Source: Octopus vulgaris (lineage: Eukaryota). From it: 64,000 nt of DNA. Numbering within the stretch: the first letter of the stretch is position 1; every line of letters begins with the position of its first letter. A program made the translations under genes and the position numbers. A model generated the notes under the pieces. It worked only from the letters and a program-made list of their open reading frames with translations. It made no database searches and was not told the origin of the DNA. Location: positions 69,254,001 through 69,318,000 of the forward strand of contig OX597817.1 in the NCBI GenBank assembly GCA_951406725.2. The letters run 5' to 3'. Below are positions 26,406 to 38,944 of this stretch, in pieces.

Positions 26406-26800
26406 AGGCGCAGCAGTGGCTGTGTGGTAAGTAGCTTGCTTACCAACCACATGGTTCCAAGTTCATTCCCACTGCGTGGCACCTTGGGCAAGTGTCTTCT
26501 ACTATAGCCTCAGGACGACCAAAGCCTTGCGAGTGGATTTGGTTGGCAGAAACTGAAAGAAGCCCATTGTATATATGTATATATACAATGTGTGTGTATG
26601 TTTGTGTGTCTGTGTTTGTCCCCCCAACATCGCTTGACAACCCATGCTAGTGTGTTTACGTCTCTGTAACTTAGCAGTTCAGCAAAAGAGATCGATATAA
26701 TAAGTACTAGGCTTCTAAAGAATAAGTCCTGGGGTCGATTTGCTCAACAAATGGTGGTGCTCCAGCACGGTCACAGTCAAATGACTGAAACAAGTAAAAG
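26406..26800 (+). mobile_element. CORE-like SINE (family A) directly downstream of the 5S copy
   Basis: GGCGCAGCAGTGGCTGTGTGGTAAGTAGCTTGC...GCACCTTGGGCAAGTGTCTTCTACTATAGCC...GACTGAAACAAGTAAAAG, collinear with 36343-36740. Confidence 0.92.
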
Positions 26801-26978
26801 TGTATGTGTGTATGTGTGTCTGTAGAGTGTACTCAGCCACTTGCATGCTAATTTCACAAGCTGGCTGTTCCATTGATCAGATCAACTGGAATCAACTGGA
26901 ATGGAACCTTTGTTGTAAGAACTGATGAAGTGCTAGTTACATATATGCATAAATATAGATACATATAAACACACACAC

Positions 26979-27034
<56 letters not shown>

Positions 27035-27037
<3 letters not shown>

Positions 27038-27364
27038 AGCCTCATCTGGCACCTGTGTCGGTGGCACATAAAAACACCATCCGAGCGTGGCCGTCTGCCA
27101 GCCTCATCTGGCACCTGTGTCGGTGGCACATAAAAAACACCATCCGAGCATGGCCGTTTGCCAGCCTCGTCTGGCACCTGTGTCGGTGGCACATAAAATC
27201 ACCCACTACACTCTCGGAGTGGTTGGCGTTAGGAAGGGCATCCAGCTGTAGAAACACTGCCAGATCTGACTGGACTGGTGCAGCTTTCGGGCTCCCCAGA
27301 CCCCAGTTGAACCGTCCAACCCATGCTAGCATGGAAAGCGGACGTTAAATGATGATGATGATGA
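27035..27364 (+). mobile_element. Family R retroposon with ~62-bp internal tandem repeats
   Basis: GCCAGCCTCATCTGGCACCTGTGTCGGTGGCACATAAAA occurs three times, followed by the family R tail and (GAT)n. Confidence 0.9.
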
Positions 27365-27458
27365 TATATATATATATATATACATATACATACATACATA
27401 TATACATACATACATATATGCATACATATATATATGTATATACATATACATATATGAA

Positions 27459-27514
<56 letters not shown>

Positions 27515-27571
27515 CATACATATATGCATACATATACATATATACATATGCATATATGAATGTATATAATA

Positions 27572-27618
<47 letters not shown>

Positions 27619-27657
27619 CATATATGCATACATATCTGTATATACATATATGAAACC

Positions 27658-27690
<33 letters not shown>

Positions 27691-28234
27691 TATACATACA
27701 TATATGCATACATATATGTGAATACATATGTATGTGTGTATACATATACATATACACACACACACATAGACAGACAGACAAACAGACAGACAGATATAAT
27801 TTAGTTACTTTTATCAAGAGTTAGATTTGTCATTGTCTTGTTATTAATTTAATTAAAAGCTATGGGTAATGCATCATCTGTATCTATATTTTGTCAAACA
27901 TACCAAAAGAGATTAGAAGAATAATATTGTTTGTATCTATAATTACATCTGTTTCTTGTTAATTCTACTTGCTGCTCTCATTATTAATAATCAATTAATG
28001 GCTATAGTTAAAACCTCAACAATTAATAATGACACACAGACATAATTTAGCAAAATATAAATAGAATATAATGCAAGAGATATATATCTCACCAAATCAT
28101 TTTTATGGTAGAACCAAGATGTAAGAAGTTTTCTGTCTCTGTATTATGGCACACTTGTGACACACATGTAGTCTTTGCAAATGTTCCACAAGCTTTTGAA
28201 AGCAAGTCAGAAATTGTTGCTATGATTTATATAC

Positions 28235-28286
<52 letters not shown>

Positions 28287-28288
<2 letters not shown>

Positions 28289-28512
28289 TCATCATAATCA
28301 TCATCATTTAATGTCTGTTTTCCGTGCTAGCATGGGTTGGATGGTTTGACCGGGGTCTTGGAAGCCGGGAGGCTGCACCATACCCCAGTCTGGTCTGGCA
28401 GTGTTTCTACAGCTGGATGCCCTTCCTAACTCCATGAGTGTAGTGAGTGCTTTTTATGTTCCACCGGCACAGGTGCCAAGGGAGGCCAAATCGGTTGGTG
28501 CTTTTTACATGC
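28287..28512 (-). mobile_element. Family R retroposon
   Basis: (CAT)n followed by TTTCCGTGCTAGCATGGGTTGG...CTACAGCTGGATGCCCTTCC. Confidence 0.85.
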
Positions 28513-28689
28513 CTATATATATATTTATATATATATATATATATAAATCTATCAGAAAGGAACTCTATCTCTCTTAAAAAAATATCTTTTGATAAGCATA
28601 ACAAATGCGCAACCGGTAAAAAGAACTTTCACCTAATTAAATACACTCTCCCTTACTTAAATTATTTTGTCAGCATTTTCTTCATTTCC

Positions 28690-28782
<93 letters not shown>

Positions 28783-28796
28783 TCACATAACTAGCA

Positions 28797-29289
28797 CTAT
28801 GCCTGAGAAGACCCGTCAAGCCAAGTGAAATTGTAGTCATAGCTGATGCCAGTGTTGCATAGCTGGCACCCATACTCTATACATACATACATACATACAT
28901 ACACACACATACATACATATGTACACACATATGTATGGTTGGCATTAGGAAGGGCATCCAGCTGTAGAGGCAGTGACAAGTGACCAAGATCTTTGGTAAC
29001 ACACTGTTCTTGAGAAGACTTGTCAAGCTAAGCGAGATCATAGTCATGACCAATGCTGGTGTTATGTAAATGGTACTCATGCTGGTGCCACTTAAAAAGC
29101 ACCCACTACACTCTTGGAGTGGTTGGTGTTAGAAAGGACATCCAGCTGTAGAAACAATGCCAGCTGTAGAAACAATGCCAAGTCAGATCAGAACCTGGTG
29201 CAGCTCTCCAGTTGACCAGTATACAGTCAAACTGTTCAACCCATGCCAGCATTAAAAAATGGATGTATGATGATGTTGATGATGATGAT
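28797..29289 (+). mobile_element. Family R / RTE 3'-end copies (two partial)
   Basis: GAGAAGACCCGTCAAGCCAAGTGAAAT and GAGAAGACTTGTCAAGCTAAGCGAGAT each lead into the GGCATCCAGCTGTAG segment, ending in (GAT)n. Confidence 0.8.
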
Positions 29290-29509
29290 ATATATATATA
29301 TATATATATATATAAGATCGCTAACCTCTAGACATTCTTTATTTTGTCTCCTTGTTTTTTTTTTCTGTGTTCGTTTCTGTAGAAGAGCGTAGGCTCAAAT
29401 CATTAAAGACCCTTTCACTTCCCCAGCATTAAACTAATACATCTGTTTGTTGTCTACACCACCTGTCTTCGTCTTTTGTGGGTTTTTTTTTGTGAATTCT
29501 CCCTATATG

Positions 29510-29880
29510 GCAATTCTTTTTCCCAACTACATGGTTTTGAGATCAGTCCCACTGATAGCACCCTGGGTAAGTGTGTTCTAATATAGCCTTTGACTGACCA
29601 AAGCCTTGTGATTAGATTTGGTAGACAGAAACTGAAAGAAGCCTGTTGTGTGTGCTTGTGTGCGTGTGTGTGTGTGTTTGTGTGTGTGTGTGTCTTTGTA
29701 TGTGTTTGTCCCCCAACACTACTGGACAACTAGTTTGTCTGTTTACACACTCATAACATTAGCAGCTCAGCAAAGAGACCAATAAAATAAGTACCAGGTT
29801 TATAAAAGGAAGTTGATTCATTTAACTAAAAAAATTCTTCAAGGTGGTGCCCCAGCATGGAATAAGTAAAAGATAACAAT
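29510..29880 (+). mobile_element. CORE-like SINE (family A), decayed
   Basis: AAGCCTTGTGATTAGATTTGGTAGACAGAAACTGAAAGAAGCC...GGTGGTGCCCCAGCATGG. Confidence 0.8.
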
Positions 29881-30009
29881 AAAAGATATATGTATAATTT
29901 GAGTATTTTTAATGCACTGCACCAATGAATTCTTAATTTTGTTTCAATCATTAGATTGTTCCATGTTGGGGGCACCTCCTTGAAGGGTTTTAGTCAAACA
30001 AATCAACCC

Positions 30010-30560
30010 CCAGAAGGCAGTTCTTTCAGTTTAAATTGCATACATCACTCTTGGTTTAAATTTTAATGCTGCAAGGCTTTACTTTCATCAGTTACTTGAA
30101 CAACTATCCTTTAATTATCGTTTAGATCAAAAGACCGTATACGTTATTTCCTTGTTAATTTCATCTTGTTTTGTAACTTTTCTGTACTTTATCATTAAGA
30201 CATAAGACTATATATATTTATATCCTTCCGTCCATTTTGTTTAGTACCTTTCTTGTCCTCATAACTTTTCTTATAATTATTGTTTTGATCAAAAGACTTT
30301 TTGTATTCAATGTTCATTTTATTTTGTTTCTTCAATTACCAACCCCATTATCTTATTTTTCATAGTCTTCATTTGTTTTCCTATTTCACACTCGTCTATA
30401 TCATTGCACTTCTAATGAATTGCAGGCCTTATTGGAATTGACAATATTATCTTCCTAAGTGCTGAAATTTTGATGATTTCCGATTGACTACTGATGCTGG
30501 GATCAGACTAGTGCACATCTGTTTATGCTGCTTTTTCATTTTTTTTTTCTGTAAATGTCT
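30010..30560 (+). mobile_element. Possible Penelope-like 3' end (end of GIY-YIG domain plus T-rich 3' region)
   Basis: FFQFKLHT followed by a frameshifted GLN resembles the xxQxKLxTxxPxGLN terminus of Penelope-like endonucleases. A long T-rich tract follows. Confidence 0.35.
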
Positions 30561-30883
30561 TTATTGTCCAGTTGTGTCATACACACACACATACATACAT
30601 ACATACATGTAACACTACAGCACATATGAATTTATTTCACATAAGGATATAGTTTAAGATTTACTCTAAGAAAATGTGCGAGTAGTAACTTCTTCACAGA
30701 GCATACAATAGTAAGTTGACTGATGATTGTAATATAGACATAAAGGGATTTTATTCCAGTAAAATCCAATGAAAAGTCATCTTAATGAACACAGATAACC
30801 AAGAAGTCATCAATATTCTGATGGCTTATAAATTTCCCAATTAAATTACAGCAGAAACCAACCCTCACAGTCACAGATGATAC

Positions 30884-31098
30884 TGGTTTCAAATTTTAGC
30901 ACAAGGCCAGCAAGTGTGAAAGACGGGGCTAGTCAGTTACATCAACCCCTGTACTCAACTGGTATTTATTTTATCAACTCCTGAAAGGATGTAAAGCAAA
31001 GTTGACTTCAGCAGCATTTGAACTCAGAGCATAAAGACAAATGAAATGCTGCTAAGCCTTTTGTCCAGCATGCTAACAATTCTGCCAGCTTGCCACCT
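30884..31098 (-). mobile_element. Nin/Deu-like SINE (family B)
   Basis: GAAAGGATGTAAAGCAAAGTTGAC...TTTGAACTCAGA is the reverse complement of family B. Confidence 0.8.
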
Positions 31099-31429
31099 TA
31101 CAGTCACATATTGCCAAGCAGTCATTGTTATCAAAGTTAGTGAGTTGCAAAAATGCTCAAGATATTCTTATCAGTTGGTTATTGTATTCTAAAAGTTTCA
31201 GTCTTAAAGTCACCCCAGCAAGTGACTTCCACAGCATTAAATATAATGGTATTTTACTACAAGTACTTTTACAGGCTGTGTGATACTGTGGCAAAATTGT
31301 AGGTTGATTTAAAAAAAACAGCTTGTATCTAACAGGACTTTATCTTCTTCTTATTGCAGAGTAATGTAATCATAAAAGAAAACACTTGAATAAATGAATA
31401 TATATATTTTTTCAGACAATCTAGGGCTT

Positions 31430-31870
31430 CTGTTATCAAAACAACAATAAGAGTTCCATAAAAGACAAGTTGGTAAAATATTCAAGTCAGATTGGCTTCA
31501 AAACTATTAGTGGATTGGAAGAAATGACAAATATGATAACAAGAAAAATTCTAATTACTCCTGTGAGAGCTACAAATTGAAAATGTAATATAAACAGGAC
31601 AGAATTATTTATTTACCTGGGTAGTGTGATGAGCATAGATATAATAATGAATGTTGACATAACAACCAGATTTTCAAAAGCAAGAAATGTCTTTAGACAA
31701 CTAAGCAACAGATGGAAATCAAAATCAATATATATCAAAATATAATTCATATTTTGCTATCAATAATACATCAGCACTTTTTATGGTGCAGAGTGTTGGC
31801 ATGGAATAAAAACTGATATGTATTAAAACTGCTGCATTTCCCAAACAGCTCTTAAAAGAAAAGTTTAAAG
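31430..31870 (+). mobile_element. Decayed LINE post-RT fragment (RTE-like, different family)
   Basis: Plus frame from ~31600 reads ELFIYLGSVMS...DITTRFSKARNVFRQLSNRWKSKSI. Confidence 0.75.
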
Positions 31871-31939
31871 TTTTTGAGTGAAATGAAAATCGTTATGAAA
31901 GAACATCAAAGAAAGAAAAGCTGAATTGCCATACAATTC

Positions 31940-32320
31940 AAAAGAAACTGCCGTATGTTGTGTTATAATAGACATCATCTGCATAAAGTAAAACAAACCA
32001 AGAAGTTTCAAGAACGGAGTGTTGATGCAGTGATAAAAGAATTGGGGCAGTGTGTGAGAACAGCTTAGGGGTTTGCAATAAACAGTTCTGGAGCGTCAGT
32101 CTCTCAGCAGTGTCATTAAATTGGGAAGAATAAAGATTGTAGAGGAATGAATATACACCAGCAGATCGAATAGACATATAGCTCTTCTGATGGAGTAACA
32201 TAGATACTTTGTGGTCATTTGTGAACCAACTAGAAATAGAAACCAAGCCTCTTTCGAATAACATCTTACTGTGTCAAAAATGAAAAGACATACTAGACAG
32301 AGATGTTGCATCTATAGGAT
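31940..32320 (-). mobile_element. Decayed LINE RT core (CR1/L2/Jockey-like)
   Basis: Minus ORFs give FDTV, APILLSL and VLLYADD in RT motif order. Confidence 0.6.
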
Positions 32321-32366
32321 ACCACACTCATCCAGATAACATTTTATAAGTTAATGCTAGTAAGTT

Positions 32367-32742
32367 TAACCCATTAGTACTCAAACTGGTCACATCCAAC
32401 CTAAATATTCTACCTGTTTTGTGTTCAAATTGGCCAGATCCTGCCCCTCACACCTACCCTACAATATCATTGTAAAAGTAAATCTCATGTCATTGAAATC
32501 TTGAAGCTATAATGTAAGGCATAATTAATTCAAAATAATCCTTTCTACTATAGGCACAAGGCCTGAGATTTGGGGGTGGGGGATAGTCGATTACATTGAC
32601 TCCAGTACTGAACAGGTACTTAATTTATCGACCTTGAAAGGATGAAAGGCAAAGTCGACCTCAGTGGAATTTGAACTCAGAAAGTAGTGGCAGATAAAAT
32701 ACCACTAACCATTTTCTCGGTAACCTGAATGCTAAAACGTAA
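32367..32742. mobile_element. piggyBac-type MITE interrupted by a family B SINE (32539-32720, minus strand)
   Basis: TTAACCCATTAGTA start and CTGAATGCTAAA end, with GAAAGGATGAAAGGCAAAGTCGACC inside. Confidence 0.7.
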
Positions 32743-33049
32743 AAGCAAAACATCATTAAAAATCTGACTAGAAATAAACGAAATGGGAAATTAAATATTA
32801 GCAGTCATCTGCCATTCTTCTAAGCCCACTATTCCAGGGAAGTCGTAGGTGTAGAGTCCTAAGACACCTCTTTCATAGGGTCCTGTCAGAAGGATTGTCA
32901 TTACATTTTCCAGATAAATTCCCAAGAGTGACCAACTGTTATTATAGATATTATCCAACCTTCCAGTTCTTGGTCTACCCTAGAGCTCTGCTGGTTGGCT
33001 CAGCTTGAAGAATTTGTCTTGCAATTCTTTCCAACAATATTCCACTTAC

Positions 33050-33490
33050 ATAGATGAAGTGGTGGGAAAGGATCATCAGACGCTTGGCCTCACTGAGGAA
33101 GTGACAAAGGATCGGGAAATGTGGCAGTTTGCTGTTTTTGATAAGACGTGTCAAGCTAAGTACAATCATTGTCTTCCACACATACATTGTTCTTTCAGGT
33201 GCCGGTGCCACAAAAAAAACACCTGTGCTAGTGCTGTGTAAATGCACCCATGTTAGTGCCATGAATACAAACCTGTGCTGGTGTTGCATAAATGCACCCA
33301 TGCAGGTGGCATGTAAAAAGCACCCAGCACACTCTTTTAAGTGGTTGGCATTAGGAAGGGTATCCAGCAGTAGAAACCATGCCACAACAGACAGTAGGAG
33401 TCTGGAAGGCTCCCAGTTGGCCAATCTAAGTCAAACCATCCATGCCAGCATGGAAAGCGGATGTTAAAGAATGATGATGATGATGATGAT
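33050..33490 (+). mobile_element. RTE LINE 3' end (ORF C-terminus plus family R UTR)
   Basis: DEVVGKDHQTLGLTEEVTKDREMWQFAVFDKT followed by the family R UTR and (GAT)n. Confidence 0.85.
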
Positions 33491-34199
33491 GTCTGTAGTT
33501 TTAAAGCCACAACTTCTCAATGCAGAGAAGTAGCATCTTGACCTGGAGAGACTTTTTAATCTCTTGCCAATGTCCCCTGTCTAGTAATGTTACATTAATC
33601 CAGAAAACCTTTGGAAGAACTCCATTTTGGCCACTCGGCCACTGGTATTTGAGATCATACTTTTTCAGTCATGACCATAGGGGAGGTTGGGCAAAGAAGC
33701 CAAATGGTAATCAAAATAACCAATATAGTTTCCATATTATTTTTCTGGCAAACAAGGGAGACAAGCTAAGACATGTTTTAAGATTATTTCAACATCTTCA
33801 GTGACACATAGGCTTGGCTATGCTCATCATAGCCATGATGAATAAATAACCAAGTAAATATACAAGATCGATATTTATTAGAAGATGAAAATAGAACTGT
33901 TCGGAGATTACATAATTTAGAAATGTTACCAGCATGATAAACAGTATATACATAAGTGTTGACAGAGGTATATACATAAGTGTTGACAGAGATTTAATGC
34001 ATGGAGTGCTAAAAAGGAGGGTGGGAGATAGGTAAAGGCAAGCTGTGCGGTAAATAAGTTCACTTTGAAACTACAGGGTTCTAAATTTGGTCCCACTGTG
34101 CAGTACTTTAGGAACATGTTCTGTACTTGTAGCCTTGGGTTCATTAGTAACTTGTGAGTGAATTTTGATAAACAGATGCTAAGCAGAAGCCCAATGGAT

Positions 34200-34935
34200 T
34201 TGTTTGTGTGTGTGTGTGTGTGTATGTGTGTGCATGCTTGTGTGTACGCATGCAGATGTATGTGTGTGAATGCTGGTGTATGTTCTACATGCTTCTGTGT
34301 GTGTATGTATGCTTGTGTGTATGTACTTGTGAATTCATGCTTGTGTGTATGAGTTTGTGTGTGTGCATGCACGTGTATGTGTGTGAATGCTGGTGTGCGT
34401 TCTGCATGCCTCTGTGTGTATATGTGAATGTGTGTGTGTGTGTATGCTTGTGTGTATGTACATGTGTGTGAGCATGCTTGTATGTGCTTGTGAACATGCA
34501 TGCTTGTGTGTGTGCATGCACATGTATGTGTGTGAAAGCTGGTGTGTGTTCTGCATGCCTGTGTGTGTGTGTGTATGCTTGCATGTGTGCATGCACATGT
34601 ATGTGTGTGAATGCTGGTGTGTGTGTTCTGCATGCCTCTGTGTGTTTGTGTGTGTATGATTGTGAGTGTGCATGCTTATATGTGCTTTTGTATGTGTGCA
34701 TATTTGTGTGTGTGTGTTCTTGTATGCATGCATACTTGCTTGTGTATATGTACATGTGTGTCTGTTTCTGTGTGTCTGGGTGGATGTTTTTGTTTTGTGT
34801 GCAAATGTGAGCATGCCTGTGTCTGTGTATATTCATGTGTGTATGTTTGAATATGTTTCTGTGTATTTATGTGTGCTTGTGCATGCAAATATGTGTGTGT
34901 GCATGTATAGGTGTATGTGAGTATATGTGTGTGTG
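34200..34935. repeat. Higher-order (TG)-rich repeat
   Basis: Recurrent ATGTGTGTGAATGCTGGTGTGTGTTCTGCATGCC units within a (TG)n background. Confidence 0.85.
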
Positions 34936-35777
34936 TAAGTAAATGTTTACACCAGTTAAAAAAAGGACTGTTGTTGTGCTTATGTTTTGTCCTTTGCTGT
35001 CCTGTAACTTAGCTGGTCAACAAATGGAGATTGATACACTAAATACCAGACCAGTACTGAGATCAATATGATCAGCTAAGCATCTAAAAGTGCTCTTACT
35101 CCAGGATGGCTACTGTCTAATGACGGAAATCATGAGAAGCCTTATGAGAGGATTTGGTGAATGGAAACTGAAAGAAGCTCATCCTATATATCTATATATC
35201 TATGCATGTGTCATTGTCTGTGTTTGTCCCCTCCAGTACCACCAGCACTTAAAAACTGGTGTTTGTAAGTTTACATCCCTACAACTTAATGGTTTGGCAA
35301 AAGAGATCAATAGAATAGGTATCAGGCTTGAAAAAAATATAAGTAAAAGTACTGGGCGGGGGAGGGGGGTCGATTCCCTTGGCTAAAATTCTTCAAGGTG
35401 GTGCCCCAGCATGGCCACAATCTAATGTCTGAAACAAATGAAATATAAAAGAAAGGTAACATTTTAGATTCCAATACATAGAATAATGACCAAAATCCAT
35501 TGGAAAGATAAACTGGGAAGACTTTCTGGAAATCTGGTAACATTATGCTTTGACCAAGAAGCAAGGGAATGACAAGTGGCATTATAGAAATGGAGGCTTG
35601 AAAATGGTGTGAGCACATCATCATCATCCCCCTCATCATCATCATCATCATTATTATTATTATTTTAGCATGTATTTTTCCATGCAAGCTAATAGTTCCT
35701 TTGGCTAGGCATGCTTTAACAGATGGCTGGAAATAAACAATGGTGATGCTACTTTACAACCATTACTTACAAAGGTA

Positions 35778-35996
35778 ATGAGCTGGCAAAAATCGCTAGC
35801 ACACAGGCCAAAATAATTAGCAGTAATTCATCCATCTTTATGGTCTGAGTTTAAATTCTGCTGAGGTTTCCTTTACTTTTAATTCTCTCGGGATCGATAA
35901 AATAAGTACCAGTTGATCAGATGGGTGGGCAGGGTTGATGTAATCGACTTATCCACTCACATGAAATTGCTGGCCTTCTGCCAAAATCTGAAACCA
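35778..35996 (+). mobile_element. Nin/Deu-like SINE (family B), decayed
   Basis: GAGCTGGCAAAAATCGCTAGCAC...GATCGATAAAATAAGTACCAG. Confidence 0.75.
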
Positions 35997-36028
35997 ATAT
36001 CAAGACAAAGAGCCACAAATACACAGTC

Positions 36029-36094
<66 letters not shown>

Positions 36095-36342
36095 GAATAG
36101 ATGAGTGTATTTTTACCTTGTTAACCTTGTTTATACCATTTATTCTTTTGAATAGTATCAGTCGAATTTTCGAAACATGTATCGAAAGTAAAAATATTTG
36201 ATTACACCTGCGTTAAACTCCATTTATTTATTCATATATATATATATATATATACATACATACATACATACATACATACACATACAAATATTTGTGCATA
36301 TGTGTGTGTATGTATACATATATATATATATACACATTCCTC

Positions 36343-36740
36343 GGCGTAGGAGTGGCTGTGTGGTAAGTAGCTTGTTTACCAACCACATGGTTCTGGGTTC
36401 AGTCCCACTGTGTGGCACCTTGGGCAAGTGTCTTCTACTATAGCTTCGGGCTGACCAAAGCCTTGTGAGTGGATTTGGTAGACAGAAACTGAAAGAAGCC
36501 CGTCGTATGTATGTATATATGTATGTGTGTGTATGTGTTTGTGTGTCTGTTTGTCCCCCCAACATCGCTTGACAACCGATGCTGGTGTGTTTACGTCCCC
36601 GTAACTTAGTGGTTCGGCAAAAAAGAGACCGATAGAATAAGTACTAGGCTTACAAAGAATAAGTCCTGGGGTCGATTTGCTCGACTAAAGGTAGTGCTCC
36701 AGCATGGGCACAGTCACATGACTGAAAAAAGTAAAAGAGT
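36343..36740 (+). mobile_element. Young full-length CORE-like SINE (family A reference copy)
   Basis: A-box TGGCTGTGTGG, B-box GGTTCAGTCCC, CORE-like ACCTTGGGCAAGTGTCTTC, internal microsatellite and tail GACTGAAAAAAGTAAAAG. Confidence 0.92.
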
Positions 36741-37567
36741 ATATATATATATATATATATATATGTCTATCTATATCTATACACACACACATACATATAT
36801 AAAGTAAGATTCTTTCAGCTTCCATCTACCACTGCCAGTCACAAGGCCTTGCTCAACCTGGGTCTATTGTAGAAGACACTTGCCCAAAGTGTCATGCAGT
36901 GAGACTGAACCCCAAATCGTATGGTTGGGAAGCAAACTTCTTAACCACAAAGCCATGCCTGCACCTCTCTCAGAAACCATACTGGCACTGCAGTGCTGAC
37001 ACACAAGACCTCTAGTTCTTTGCTATATAAATTTCGGTATTTTATTTTGTATTACTGAGATGAAAACCATTATTATACTAGGGACACCACTTGTATGACA
37101 GTGATACTCATGCATGTCTGTTGTGTGATACCAAGATAAGGAAACACAAACACAGACACAGAAGAAGCAAACATCTTAAGTGAATAACCATGCCTGTATA
37201 ATCCAGAGAAAATTTCTGACAGGTATCAGGTAAGATTTGATTAAATCAGAGACACCACAGCAAAGCACTGACAATGTGCAATCATATTTCTGTGCTTATG
37301 AAATGATCCAAATGATGAGTCACATGTTGAGCAAATTAATATTTCTGTTGAAATATTACTTTTGCTCATTACCAGATTCCTATGATTCTTTAAATGGTTT
37401 GTGAAATAACAGCAAGATTACATGAGATTGCATATATAAGGTAGGAAGATTTGATAAAGACACAATATAATGATAAAAAGAAACAACAGTGTTTGGGTCA
37501 GGGTGAATTGGACAGCTATTAATTGATGTACATCAGTAATGCTTAAAACTTTTGAATCTTCTAATAC

Positions 37568-37680
37568 CATTGCAGACCCAGGGCTGTTTCCAGCATCTGG
37601 GTTGCTTGAGGCTTCAGAGTTAATCTGCAATTTGGACATGAACATAATGAAAATATTTACTACTTTGTTATAATCACTGG
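37568..37680 (-). CDS. Candidate internal coding exon, product unknown
   Basis: Pyrimidine-rich tract plus TTACAG acceptor, then a 113-nt open frame xSDYNKVVNIFIMFMSKLQINSEASSNPDAGNSPGSAM and donor ATG/GTATTA. Unique non-repeat sequence. No protein family recognised. Confidence 0.45.
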
Positions 37681-38408
37681 CTGTAATGTTGTAATATGCA
37701 AATGGGAATAAGAAAATGAAAGTAAAAGTTCAATCAATAGAAAGAATTACTGTAGGGTATTTGAAAATTTATCCATTTAAACCTACAGGTAATACATATA
37801 ATTAAGTGAACATGCATATAAGCATGAACACAGATGCTTAACAGTGCAGAAATTCCAATAAAAGAGCCTCATTACTTTGTAAGCAAACAGCTCTTAATCT
37901 GGTACAAACGAAATGAGTAAACAATAAAAATAATATATTTATGTATACATACAAATATGCGCATGTATAAGTACTTACTTCTAAGCATATACCCTTAAAT
38001 TATAGCTAATCAAGCATATTTCACATTAAAAATATTTCACGGCTTCTATTACATAACGAGCAAACAGGAAGAACCCAAGGAAATATGTATAATTATCAGC
38101 AAAAGTTTAATCCTTTCCAAAACTGAATAGAAACCAGTGTTTCAAAAGAACTTGAAAGCATTGAGAAATCACAGACAAACCATTAACTTGGAACTACCTC
38201 AGAAATAAACACAAAACATACAAGAATTCACTAGAAATAAATCAATTACTGCTTCACAAACTTCTACAGAATACTTGTTGAAAATTAATAAATAAAAATC
38301 AAAATTATTTCATTTAAAATATTGCACTTGCGTCCTCTTGAAATGATAATTAAAATAATACTGCTAATGTTAATAATAACAGTGATAGAATATTAAAAAA
38401 AAAAATCA

Positions 38409-38439
<31 letters not shown>

Positions 38440-38591
38440 TATTAATAGCTATGACAACAATATTACTATCGATGCTGTTGAATATCATAAAAGTCTAGGA
38501 TTTTAAAAAAAATAGATAATTGAAAATAAAAGCAAGCTAATAGGAATATTTGACAAACACAAACAAAAGAAGTTCTTTTTCCGTCTTCAAG

Positions 38592-38677
38592 GAAGCCAAA
38601 AGGAATAAAACATCAGCAGAGGTTACAGACATTAATGAAGAGAAGAAGCTACAAGAAGACAACAAGAAGACAACAAG
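38592..38677 (+). CDS. Weak candidate exon
   Basis: TTCTTTTTCCGTCTTCAAG acceptor, 86 nt purine-rich and open in two frames (one reads EAKRNKTSAEVTDINEEKKLQEDNKKTT), donor AAG/GTAATG. Confidence 0.2.
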
Positions 38678-38944
38678 GTAATGCATTGGAAACAAAACTG
38701 AACTAAAAATTCCAATAATGTACTAAATTAATGGCAAGAAAATGTTTCTAGCATTACTAGTGCCTTACAAAACTTGAATGTTTGTGCATTAGGAAGGAAT
38801 TCAACTTTGTCTCAGAATCTCAGAGTTCCAAACTCTGCCGAGGGAGAGCCTCCACCCAAGTAGGAATGCATTTGGACTCATATGATGGAATTGAAAAGTA
38901 GCTGTAGAGAGTGTTTTGGTGTTAAATATGTAGTTTTGAACAAG

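Noticed and set aside
29370-29410. GAGC-GTAG-GCTC hairpin in a Penelope-like terminal repeat context
   Set aside because: Neither CUGANGA nor GAAA is intact in this copy, so I cannot call a ribozyme.
36095-36240. CGAAACATGTA (hammerhead stem III-like) within a weakly inverted segment
   Set aside because: No CUGANGA box upstream.
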